From Candidatus Latescibacterota bacterium (lineage in GTDB: Bacteria > Latescibacterota > UBA2968): DNA of 64,000 nucleotides. Below are positions 52,635 to 62,033 of this stretch, one piece after another. Position numbers and translations under genes: made by a program. The DNA is taken from positions 4,384,001 to 4,448,000 of the forward strand of contig OZ241986.1 in the NCBI GenBank assembly GCA_965204375.1, written 5' to 3'. Position 1 is the first letter of the stretch. Each line of letters begins with the position of its first letter. Under the pieces are notes generated by a model. The model was given only the letters and a program-made list of their open reading frames with translations, did no database searches and was not told where the DNA came from.

Positions 52635-53528
52635 ATGGTCATTCGCATTTCAAACTTGGCAAAAACATATCGACGCGGTGATACGCCAGTACTAGACGAT
52701 GTCACTTTGAGCATCCCACACGGCACATTTGGTCTGTTGGGACCCAATGGCGCGGGAAAAACTACGCTAATCAAAATCCTGTCGACCCAAATGGACGCAT
52801 CGAGCGGCAACGTTACCATGGATGATTTCGATTTGGTCCAAAACCGCGCAGAAATTCGGCATCGCATTGGATATTTGCCTCAGCATTTTGGCACCTATCC
52901 CCAACTCACCGCTTGGGAATTTCTCGATTATATGGGCATTTTGGGCGGTATCCACAACAGGACAGAGCGTCTAAATCGCGTAGAGCAAGCTCTAAACGAA
53001 GTCGGGTTATACGATGCACGCAAGTGGCACACGGGCACGTTTTCCGGTGGCATGGTGCGGCGTCTTGGCATTGCACAGGCCATTTTGACCGATCCAGAGT
53101 TTCTCATTGTCGATGAACCCACCGTGGGGCTTGATCCGGAAGAACGCATCCGGTTTCGAAGTATTTTGGGACGCTTGAGCAGCGATCGCGCCATTTTGAT
53201 CTCCACGCATATTGTAGGTGATATTTCGAGCACTTGCAAGGATATCGCAATTTTGAATCGTGGACAACTGGTCTTTCGCGGCTCCCCATCAGACCTGATT
53301 TCAAAGGCGGATGGCAAGACGTGGCAAATACAGGTTGATGAGCCCCACTTTGAAAAGCTGTCGCGTGTGTTTCATGTAGTGACGGTCAATGTTGAAGGGG
53401 ATCGCATGAGTGTGCGAATGGTGGGCGATGGCGATCCTCTCGCTGATGCCGAAGCAGTCTCGCCCAATCTGGAAGATGCGTATCTCTATTTTATGAGTGG
53501 CGACATTACTGATGAAATCGCATCGTGA
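52635..53528 (+). CDS. ABC transporter ATP-binding protein
   Basis: GPNGAGKTT, FSGGM, VDEPT.GLDP and STH motifs. Confidence 0.95.
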   Translation: MVIRISNLAKTYRRGDTPVLDDVTLSIPHGTFGLLGPNGAGKTTLIKILSTQMDASSGNVTMDDFDLVQNRAEIRHRIGYLPQHFGTYPQLTAWEFLDYMGILGGIHNRTERLNRVEQALNEVGLYDARKWHTGTFSGGMVRRLGIAQAILTDPEFLIVDEPTVGLDPEERIRFRSILGRLSSDRAILISTHIVGDISSTCKDIAILNRGQLVFRGSPSDLISKADGKTWQIQVDEPHFEKLSRVFHVVTVNVEGDRMSVRMVGDGDPLADAEAVSPNLEDAYLYFMSGDITDEIAS

Positions 53529-53620
53529 AGATAAAAAAGAAGAAACTTTCTTATTGATCACCAGCCTTGGGCGGTGTAGGTGGTCCTTTTAAGTCTTGTC
53601 CTTGGAAAAGGAGTAATACC

Positions 53621-56600
53621 ATGTTATCTGCTCTTCATAACATACTCGGTGTTGCACGTTACGAGTGCAAAATGCTTTTGAGAACCACAAAATTTCGCAT
53701 TTTGGGTGGATTGACAGTGTGTATTTACGTTTGCTTGGGCATTAATTTTGCCTTGGGATTTTGGAATAAAGCACACAAAGGACTTGAAGGATACGAGTCT
53801 TATGTTCTGTTTCTCGTATACACTACCTTTCAGGCCCTTGTCATTCCATTTCTTGCAGGATCTTTTAGAACTGCTGACGAAAATGCCCATATTTATGAAG
53901 TGGTTGCTGGGCGTCCTATTTCGACAGCAGCACTCGTTGTAGGTAAGTATTTGGGCACTGTCAGTGCGTTTTTCTTTTTTAGTCTTAGTGTTCTGATTTT
54001 GGCCTTGAGCATCCAAGCAGCAGAGATCAGCATGGCGGATAATCCATTTACTATAGAACCTTATCTGTTATACCTTTTGCTCTTGAACTTTCCCACTCTG
54101 ATTTTTTTATCTTCTCTTACATTTTTTCTGGGGGTCTTGCTACGTCGGCCAATAGCTGCTGCCTTGATTGTAACTACATATTCGTTCGCTGCCATATTAT
54201 TCTTCTCAGGTAGTCAATATTTCAACGTGGGATTTGACTTTCTTGGTTTAGATGACTACATGGGTTATTCGGATCTGATGGGTATAGGGAATATTACACA
54301 AGTGGGTTTGCAACGCCTGTTTTACGTTTTGCTCGGCATTGGCTTTTTGGGATTGGCGATTGATCGATATCCCCGTCTTGCACACTCCATGAACGCGCAA
54401 TGGTTTGGTCGCGGATGCGCTCTAACCGGTTTTGGATTGACCACAGGTCTTTACTTTTTTTTTCATGCGGATGTGCAAAACCGGCAGACATATCGCCAGT
54501 CATTGCTCGCGCAACAGGAAGCCGTTGCACATATTCCCGTAACAGAAATCACTCATTATGACTTGGCAGTGACACTTCTGGGCAAAGATCTGCTCTCAGC
54601 CTCTGGCAAGATCATCTTAAAAAATAATCTTGAAGTACCTCTTGATACACTGATTCTTTCACTCAATCCCGGACTGAAAATTCAAAGCCTGATGCAGGAC
54701 AATGGTAGCAACATTGAATGGGATCGGACGGGAAGTGTGATCCGCGTCATGCCAGATGCTCCTTTGCTATCGGATCAAGAACTCGGTCTAAAACTAAATT
54801 ATGCAGGGGATATTGACACAGATGGTTTTGATCTCAAACGAGAAAAAGGCAAATCTAGGTTTTTGCCAGGGCGGATGGGCATGGGATTTTTAACGGCGTG
54901 GATTCGCGATAATTCCATCTTTTTGCCTCCACGCAGCCGATGGTATCCGGTAACGGGCGTTGATTATGGCTACAAGCATGCACGTCCGGCCTCTTTTTCA
55001 ACAGCAAACTTGCACATCACCTTCCCGCAAGGTCTCGAAATCATTACCCAAGGGCAGATAGGCAAGACCGATACCCTCGGCACACAAGTGATCCGCCAAT
55101 GGGTTGTTGAAAATCCCGTACCCGTCCTGTCTCTGAACGCGGGTGTGTATTGCGTGTATCGTGCCACCATTCACGACATCGAATGTGCCCTTTACGTGCA
55201 TCCATCACATTTGCGCTTGATCCGCTTTTTTGAAGATGCTGAAGAAGAGGTTGTGCGTGCGCTTGGGCAAATCGTGGATATGATGGAACAGGAATCAGGT
55301 ATGAAATATCCCTACCCCAATCTCTCTTTAGTGGAAATTCCGTTCCATATTCAGTGGTATTACGAAGGCTGGGAAGAAAAGGGGGGCCTGACGCTACCGG
55401 GCGTGTTGATGATTGAAGAAAAGGTACTTGCAAGGCAGAGTTTTACCCACATTTATAAGCCTTATCAACAGCAATTGAGTGTCAACCGAGAACCTAAAAA
55501 TCTAAAAAAAGACCTTCTGGTACGCGCTGTTTTAGAAACCTTTTTTGCAGAAGAAAGTGCGAATAGTGGGCTTTTTCGTAGCCCTGTTTTTCAACTCTGG
55601 GCTTATGACAAGAATTTTGTGGGCGATCATTATGCTCTGCTCAAAAAGGGCATGCCCCTATACCTTCAGAGTAATTTGAGAAACGATATGGCATCTGCTT
55701 TTTTTTCACGCCGCCGACAGCGTAGTGGGGTTAGCAGAGGGTCAAGCAAGGATTGGAATAGATTGACCGCCAAGATGCAACGGAAGTCGTTTGCCGATTT
55801 AGACCCCGAACAAGAGGCTAAACTCTATCGCCAAGTGCTTGACGTAAAGGGGCCGGGACTCTTTGAGATGATGGCGTCCTTTTTAGGTGAAGAAACCTTC
55901 CGCACCCTCATATCTGACATCAACCAGAATTATAAATATAAGGACATTGATTTTTCGACCTTTGAACGTGCCGCTGTGGGCTATACAGAAGATGAAGATC
56001 GCTTGAGACTACAGCGCTTGGTCAAAGATTGGATATTTAGCACAGAAATCCCAGGCTATACCCTGACAAGTGTAAAAGCCTTAAAGATAGACGATGGCTC
56101 TGGGATATTGGCCTATCAATTGATTGTGCGGATCAAGAACAGCGAACCCGGTAGGGGCTATGTGCAAATTACTGCCTTAAGCGAAAATGATGAGGCGATA
56201 AAAGGCGTCGAGATTGAAAGTGGACAGGAAATTGAAGTTTCGATGGTGCTGTGGGAGCAGCCCTTGCGGGTGATCATTGAACCCTTTTTTGCACGCAACC
56301 GCCAACCGCTCATATCCCCTGTGCGTGTTCCTGAACAGGTTACAAAGGGAGCTCCCATTGCCTATCTTAAAGATGTGACAGGAGAGGAGGATATGACTCA
56401 TGCGGATACGGATCCTATTGAAATTATTGTAGATAATGATGATAAAGGATTTTCAATGCCCATTCACCGCGTGACACGCTTCTCGCGTCCCGGCCTCAAA
56501 GGGGGTAACTGGCGCGAGCGTAGCCTGCCAGTAGCTTATGGACGATATGCAAAAAACTATCGGCAGAAGAAACCGGGCGATGGCGCACAACCTGCTGTGT

Positions 56601-56935
56601 GGACCGCACAAATTCCCAGAGATGGTGAGTTTGATGTGAGCTTCTATTTTCCCGACCAGGCAACAGCTAAGCGCGAGGGTATTGCACCAGCCTTTACCCT
56701 TACTGTTTTTCACGCGGGTAAGGTCGATACCCTTAAAATGGAGCGCGACCTTATGAAAGCGGGCTGGAATCACCTAGGGCGATACAAATTTGTCAATAGG
56801 GAAGAGGCTGTGGTCGAATTGTCTGACCGCGCAGAGGGGGTCCTATATGCTGATGCTGTGCGCTGGCGTTTTGTGGATAAACTCATTCCTCAACAGGCTT
56901 TCTTCGATCCACAAAACCCCGGTGCCCATAGGTAA
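53621..56935 (+). CDS. ABC-2 permease fused to an M1-aminopeptidase-like domain and a C-terminal golvesin-like beta domain
   Basis: N-terminal TM segments (GKYLG); HYDL, WYP, YPY..L..VE and V.KG..LF.M M1-like segments; IIVDNDD…GW..LG.Y.F…ADAVRW tail. Confidence 0.75.
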   Translation: MLSALHNILGVARYECKMLLRTTKFRILGGLTVCIYVCLGINFALGFWNKAHKGLEGYESYVLFLVYTTFQALVIPFLAGSFRTADENAHIYEVVAGRPISTAALVVGKYLGTVSAFFFFSLSVLILALSIQAAEISMADNPFTIEPYLLYLLLLNFPTLIFLSSLTFFLGVLLRRPIAAALIVTTYSFAAILFFSGSQYFNVGFDFLGLDDYMGYSDLMGIGNITQVGLQRLFYVLLGIGFLGLAIDRYPRLAHSMNAQWFGRGCALTGFGLTTGLYFFFHADVQNRQTYRQSLLAQQEAVAHIPVTEITHYDLAVTLLGKDLLSASGKIILKNNLEVPLDTLILSLNPGLKIQSLMQDNGSNIEWDRTGSVIRVMPDAPLLSDQELGLKLNYAGDIDTDGFDLKREKGKSRFLPGRMGMGFLTAWIRDNSIFLPPRSRWYPVTGVDYGYKHARPASFSTANLHITFPQGLEIITQGQIGKTDTLGTQVIRQWVVENPVPVLSLNAGVYCVYRATIHDIECALYVHPSHLRLIRFFEDAEEEVVRALGQIVDMMEQESGMKYPYPNLSLVEIPFHIQWYYEGWEEKGGLTLPGVLMIEEKVLARQSFTHIYKPYQQQLSVNREPKNLKKDLLVRAVLETFFAEESANSGLFRSPVFQLWAYDKNFVGDHYALLKKGMPLYLQSNLRNDMASAFFSRRRQRSGVSRGSSKDWNRLTAKMQRKSFADLDPEQEAKLYRQVLDVKGPGLFEMMASFLGEETFRTLISDINQNYKYKDIDFSTFERAAVGYTEDEDRLRLQRLVKDWIFSTEIPGYTLTSVKALKIDDGSGILAYQLIVRIKNSEPGRGYVQITALSENDEAIKGVEIESGQEIEVSMVLWEQPLRVIIEPFFARNRQPLISPVRVPEQVTKGAPIAYLKDVTGEEDMTHADTDPIEIIVDNDDKGFSMPIHRVTRFSRPGLKGGNWRERSLPVAYGRYAKNYRQKKPGDGAQPAVWTAQIPRDGEFDVSFYFPDQATAKREGIAPAFTLTVFHAGKVDTLKMERDLMKAGWNHLGRYKFVNREEAVVELSDRAEGVLYADAVRWRFVDKLIPQQAFFDPQNPGAHR

Positions 56936-57030
56936 TGAACTAGCCGCGTTTATGTTTGACCGAGGCAGACATGTCCCCAAAGAAACCTCATTTACCTTTT
57001 ATTTTTAAATTCATTGTGAAAGGTATAGTT

Positions 57031-59550
57031 ATGAAAGTCCTACATGTTTTGAATTATTCACTATGGTCTCGACAGGCAGGCTATACCATAAGAAGTAAAT
57101 ATATCTTCGATACCCAAAGCAAAATAGGGCTTGAACCCATCGTAGCAACCCGCTTCAAAGACACTCATCTTATAGACAGTAAATTTCTTGTTGAAGAGGA
57201 GTATCTGGATGGGGTATTGTACTTAAACGACATGACCCAAGCATCGCTTGATCAACATTTCCATGACCTTAGTTTTTGTCAGCCCCGACATTCTACTGCA
57301 TTACATCGTGAAGGATTGCAGCGGCAGTTCAAGAATCATATTTCTCGTGTTGTCGAAGTTCACAGACCGGAAGTGATCCATGTGGCCTCTCCTGCCCAAA
57401 ATGCATTAATATCGGCTGAAGTTGGACACAAATACAACCTGCCTGTGATCTATGAAGTGCGCGGATTATGGCACGAAACGGACGTGGTCGCTGGAACACT
57501 TGATACTTCTTCAAAAGCATATCAGCACCGACACTTTTTGTTTGTAGAGGCTATGAAACGAGCTGATCTGGTCGTCACATTAGCTGAAACAATGAAAGAG
57601 GAATTTATCCGAGAAGGGATTCCTGAAGATAAAATTTTCATTGTTCCCAATGGCGTAGATACATCAAAATTTACACCGAGGCCATACCCAACCCATTTGG
57701 CGAGAAGATTAGGGCTTGGTTCAGGTCATATAACCATCGGACATATTGGTTCAGTCAGAAAACTCGAAGGCCTCCGTTGGCTATTCAAAGCGGCGAAAAT
57801 GCTCCTATCCCATCATCCTCGTGTTAAAATTCTCATTGTTGGTGATGGAGATGAGTTGGAACCACTCCAAAGGCTTGCAAAAGAGCTAAGTTTAGAATCG
57901 GTTGTACACTTTACAGGACAGGTACCACACGAAGATATTCTCGACTATTATGCCTTAATTGATATTTTCGCGATACCCAGAGTTCGAAGTCGCGTGACGG
58001 AATTGGTGACTCCTATTAAGCCGTATGAAGCCATGGCAATGGGAAAAGCCGTCATTGTCAGCGATGTGGCTGCGCTTCGTGAAATTATAGATGACGGCAC
58101 GACAGGGCGTATATGCAATGCGGATGATCCAGAGGATCTCGCAGAGAAATGCTCGGCTTTAATCCAGGATACACAACTTAGAGCGGAACTTGGGCATCAG
58201 GCAAGACATTGGATTGCAGAACACAGAGATTGGCAGCAAGTAGTGGCAAATTATGAACCCATATATAAGCATGCGATCCAGGAAAAACACCATCGGGCAT
58301 CCAAGCCACTATCAAAATCCCGCCGGAAGCGTATCATCCTTTATAGCCAGCATCTCGTTGGCATGGGCCATCACTTTCGCAACCTTCAGATTGCTCGCGC
58401 ATTAGCAAGAAATCACGATGTTTACTTTGTGAATGGGGGACGCCCAATTCCCGATTTCAGAATGCCAGAATCCATTCGTTTAATTCAATTAATGCCTATT
58501 TCACTGACCCCAGAGGGTTTAGCGTCCGAAGATGGAGATCAAGGTATCCAGGAAACTTTCGAGAAACGGCTGATTGAATTGACCAAGGCAGTTACAGATA
58601 TCCAGCCAGACATGATTATGATTGAACATTTTCCCTTTGGTCGATGGAAGCTACGCCCGGAATTACAATGCCTGTTGGGAATGGTCAAATCGAAGTTTCC
58701 GGATATTCATATCATCTGTTCTTTGCGCGACATCCCGCTACGGGCAAAAACGGCTGATATTTTTAAGCCTCATTCGGGTATCAATGTAGAAAGACCAGAC
58801 CCCCTGATCCCTCAAGACCAGGACCTATATAAAGCCAAGAGGTATTATGAGGAAGTTTGTCCGACATTAAATGCTTACTTTGATGCGTTGCTTATTCATG
58901 GAGATCCGAGCGTGACCCAACTAAAAGAATATTTCCCCTGGGTAGAAGATATTGTCATACCGATTGTATATACTGGATATGTATCTGAAAAGCCGAATGG
59001 CGTGATAGATGGAAAACCCGATGAGAGCATAGACAATTTTGTACTGGTTAGCGCAGGTGGTGGTGTTGATGCCTACGAGCTTGTTGTGCCTTGTATCAAA
59101 GCTTGGGAATTGCTGCATAAACAGAGAAAGGTTGATGGTTGGAAAATGGTCATATTTCCGGGCCCGTTTATCAATGATGATCAATACGAGGCATTGGAAA
59201 GGATGTGTGAAATGGGGCCGTTCTATATGAGGTGCTATACACCTGATTTTCTTCAATGGATGCAGGCGGCTAATTTTGTAATTAGCCGGGCAGGTTACAA
59301 TACTTGTGTCAACATTTTGGAAACCGGTACGACTGCACTACTTGTACCGAGTTTACTATCTGAAGATCAAAATATCAGAGCAAGTAGGCTGGCTGATCTG
59401 GGACTGATAAAGAAAATTGATCCGGTTGATCTGACGCCTGATAGCGTCGCAGACAGTATTATGCAGAATTTATCTCGTCAAAAATCTCTTACCCACGAGA
59501 TTAAATTAAATGGTACAGAACAGACGCTTTCATTTATTGATAGTCTTTAG
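57031..59550 (+). CDS. Two-domain glycosyltransferase (GT4 + GT28-like C-terminal)
   Basis: GY.IRS, YEVRG.W, PNGVD and P.KPYEAMA.G (GT4); YSQH..G.GH…VSAGGG…SRAGYNT (second GT-B domain). Confidence 0.85.
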   Translation: MKVLHVLNYSLWSRQAGYTIRSKYIFDTQSKIGLEPIVATRFKDTHLIDSKFLVEEEYLDGVLYLNDMTQASLDQHFHDLSFCQPRHSTALHREGLQRQFKNHISRVVEVHRPEVIHVASPAQNALISAEVGHKYNLPVIYEVRGLWHETDVVAGTLDTSSKAYQHRHFLFVEAMKRADLVVTLAETMKEEFIREGIPEDKIFIVPNGVDTSKFTPRPYPTHLARRLGLGSGHITIGHIGSVRKLEGLRWLFKAAKMLLSHHPRVKILIVGDGDELEPLQRLAKELSLESVVHFTGQVPHEDILDYYALIDIFAIPRVRSRVTELVTPIKPYEAMAMGKAVIVSDVAALREIIDDGTTGRICNADDPEDLAEKCSALIQDTQLRAELGHQARHWIAEHRDWQQVVANYEPIYKHAIQEKHHRASKPLSKSRRKRIILYSQHLVGMGHHFRNLQIARALARNHDVYFVNGGRPIPDFRMPESIRLIQLMPISLTPEGLASEDGDQGIQETFEKRLIELTKAVTDIQPDMIMIEHFPFGRWKLRPELQCLLGMVKSKFPDIHIICSLRDIPLRAKTADIFKPHSGINVERPDPLIPQDQDLYKAKRYYEEVCPTLNAYFDALLIHGDPSVTQLKEYFPWVEDIVIPIVYTGYVSEKPNGVIDGKPDESIDNFVLVSAGGGVDAYELVVPCIKAWELLHKQRKVDGWKMVIFPGPFINDDQYEALERMCEMGPFYMRCYTPDFLQWMQAANFVISRAGYNTCVNILETGTTALLVPSLLSEDQNIRASRLADLGLIKKIDPVDLTPDSVADSIMQNLSRQKSLTHEIKLNGTEQTLSFIDSL

Positions 59551-59687
59551 TTCTGTAATCTTTTGGGGAATACTACGCTCCTCAAGGAAACATGCCGGAG
59601 TAACTATAGGGCCTATGAATGCTGGTCCAATGTCCCCGCAGTGGTTTACGAATTAATCCACAAACCGTTTTCAATAAGGATATTAAC

Positions 59688-60695
59688 ATGAATAAACATT
59701 TACCATCAGATCCCTTTGAATCTCTTGAGGATGAAATTTCTTCACTGAACTTTGGTCTTCAGGATGATCTTTCAATCAAAAAATCCGAAGTCGAATTTTA
59801 TCAATTCATGTCGCAGATTTGTGAAGAATATAATCTGGAGGCAGCGTTACAACAGTATCCCGTATTTTTAGCCACTGATTTACATACTTCCTTTACATCG
59901 CAGTTCTCGGAGGTATTTGTCTTAGACGAAGATACGCATCAGAAATTGTATTTTGTCAATCGAGCACTGTATATCTATACGTCGTATATGGATAGTGTTT
60001 TGGATGATCGAAAGACTCTTAAAGCAGATGCCTATTTTTTAGCTTCTCTTTTGAGAGATCATGCATTTGGTCTTCTCAATGACTTATTTCCCCCATGTTC
60101 GGATTTTTGGGCCTTTGCCAAAAAGTATCAGCGTTGCGCCATTGCTGCAACACTACAAGAAAGAATAAAATGGAATAATCCCACATCTTATTCATTGGAT
60201 GAGGCATTTAACATTGCCTCTGGCAAAGCCGCCACAGCTCAGATGGTGACAACGGCTTTAGCCTGTTTGTCCAATTCTTCCGAGTTGATCCCTCCCTTTG
60301 AAAAATCTTTAGATGCCTTTTTTATGGGCTTACAATTTCATAATGATCTTAAAAATTGGCGATCAGACTTTATCGCTGGAAGATATTCGTATCTTTTGAA
60401 TCAAATTATTGAAAGAAAGGAACTTCACGAAAAATTAGAATCCGTTACCATGGAAGAACTGGCGCGTATGATTTACTTTACAGGGTTGGTAGAAGAAATT
60501 CTCGATCATTCAATAGATTGCTACAGGCAAGCCTTGTCGTATGTTCATCAATTACCCTGCACGGACTGGAAGATTGCGATTGACCGTAGCATATCTGAAA
60601 CGTCTGTTTTGCTCCGCAACTTGCAAAAACATAAGGAGCAAGAAATTGATCGGGTAAGTAAACTTGTAATGGAAAAGAAAAACAAAAGCCCTTAG
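59688..60695 (+). CDS. Class I isoprenoid-synthase-fold protein (ComQ-like putative peptide prenyltransferase)
   Basis: DSVLDD (first Asp-rich-like motif), GKAA and G.Q..NDL.NW..D (pseudo second Asp-rich motif); predicted all-helical. Confidence 0.6.
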   Translation: MNKHLPSDPFESLEDEISSLNFGLQDDLSIKKSEVEFYQFMSQICEEYNLEAALQQYPVFLATDLHTSFTSQFSEVFVLDEDTHQKLYFVNRALYIYTSYMDSVLDDRKTLKADAYFLASLLRDHAFGLLNDLFPPCSDFWAFAKKYQRCAIAATLQERIKWNNPTSYSLDEAFNIASGKAATAQMVTTALACLSNSSELIPPFEKSLDAFFMGLQFHNDLKNWRSDFIAGRYSYLLNQIIERKELHEKLESVTMEELARMIYFTGLVEEILDHSIDCYRQALSYVHQLPCTDWKIAIDRSISETSVLLRNLQKHKEQEIDRVSKLVMEKKNKSP

Positions 60696-60715
60696 AGGCG
60701 AGATAGGAATACACC

Positions 60716-62023
60716 ATGCAAGAATCCTTACCAGACCCGATTAAGTTGGTTCCCGAAATTTCTATGTATAAATTCGATACCTCTTTGGTAGAGAAGAGTT
60801 ATGTTTTATGCATCGGTACGAAACGGTTTGAAATAAGCGAAGGTATCTATCAACTCATAGAGTTGATAGATGGAAAAAGAACACTGTCTGAAATTGCAAG
60901 CGAATACTCTGCTATCAGGAATAAGACATACTCTGCCAAAGACATTGAGGCAATTATTCATTCATTTCTCGTGCCTTATGGAATCATCGCAAACACCACC
61001 TCAGATGACGATACTCAAACAAGTAATTCGTATTTTTATTTTCAATACCCTTTTATTCGAGTGAATGCGGTTCATGCCGTCAGTAATTTTCTCAAGATTC
61101 TCTATCATCCAAAAATTCTGATTTTCTTTATTCTATTCTCTTTTGTCTTTTTGTTGTATTTCTGTTTTTTTGTGTTCTCAGTCATAGATTTTACTATTTA
61201 TGATATTTCGTTTCGAGATGCGATTCTAATACTGATGATTTTTGGAATTTTAGGAATTTTTCACGAGTTAGGTCATTCTTCAGCTTGTGCTCATTATGGC
61301 GCGTCACCTGGCGAGATTGGGGTAGGCTTGTATCTGCGCTTTCCCGTTCTTTACTCTGATGTAACAGATGCTTGGAAGCTACCGAGAACGCAACGCGCGA
61401 TGGTGGATTTCGGCGGCATATATTTTCAGCTTATTTTTGTTCCTATACTCTTCATCTTGTATCTAACGACATCAAGTAGCGTATTTTTGTATGTCATTCT
61501 TTTTAACTACGGATCAGCACTGTTTAATTTGAATCCGATTTTCCGATTTGATGGGTATTGGCTTTTTTCAGATATAGCAGGTGTGCCAAATCTCAGGAAA
61601 AGATCTTTAGAAATTCTAAAATACTTTGCCAAGCGTTTCATTTTAAGGCAGAAAGAGATTGTCGAACCTGTCTTTCTGCGCATCAGTGGGAAAATAAAAT
61701 CGTTTCTTTGTGTGTATGGAATTGTCAGTACGAGCTTCTTCATTTTGTTCTTTTACAAGATTTTTTTTCTTTTTCCCGATTTGGTTTTAAATTATCCCGG
61801 TCTCGTATATAAGACTTTTAGCGAGATAATAAGCGGCTTTGCCGTTGGAGATTGGCAAACTGTTGGGCGTGCCCTTTCCAGCTTCTTTTTTCCTTCCCTG
61901 ATCATTTTGATGTTAAGTTTTGCTACATATCGAATGATGAAAAGGATAATGAGATTGACAAAGACCGTAGTGCGATGGGGAATACAAGTGACACGACACT
62001 TAAAAACACCAGGAATACACTGA
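60716..62023 (+). CDS. PqqD/RRE-like domain fused to an M50-family membrane zinc peptidase
   Basis: Y..I.LIDG.RTL.EI (winged HTH); HELGH; NLNPIFRFDGY (NxxPxxxxDG); several TM segments. Confidence 0.82.
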   Translation: MQESLPDPIKLVPEISMYKFDTSLVEKSYVLCIGTKRFEISEGIYQLIELIDGKRTLSEIASEYSAIRNKTYSAKDIEAIIHSFLVPYGIIANTTSDDDTQTSNSYFYFQYPFIRVNAVHAVSNFLKILYHPKILIFFILFSFVFLLYFCFFVFSVIDFTIYDISFRDAILILMIFGILGIFHELGHSSACAHYGASPGEIGVGLYLRFPVLYSDVTDAWKLPRTQRAMVDFGGIYFQLIFVPILFILYLTTSSSVFLYVILFNYGSALFNLNPIFRFDGYWLFSDIAGVPNLRKRSLEILKYFAKRFILRQKEIVEPVFLRISGKIKSFLCVYGIVSTSFFILFFYKIFFLFPDLVLNYPGLVYKTFSEIISGFAVGDWQTVGRALSSFFFPSLIILMLSFATYRMMKRIMRLTKTVVRWGIQVTRHLKTPGIH

Positions 62024-62033
62024 GGAGGTAAGT

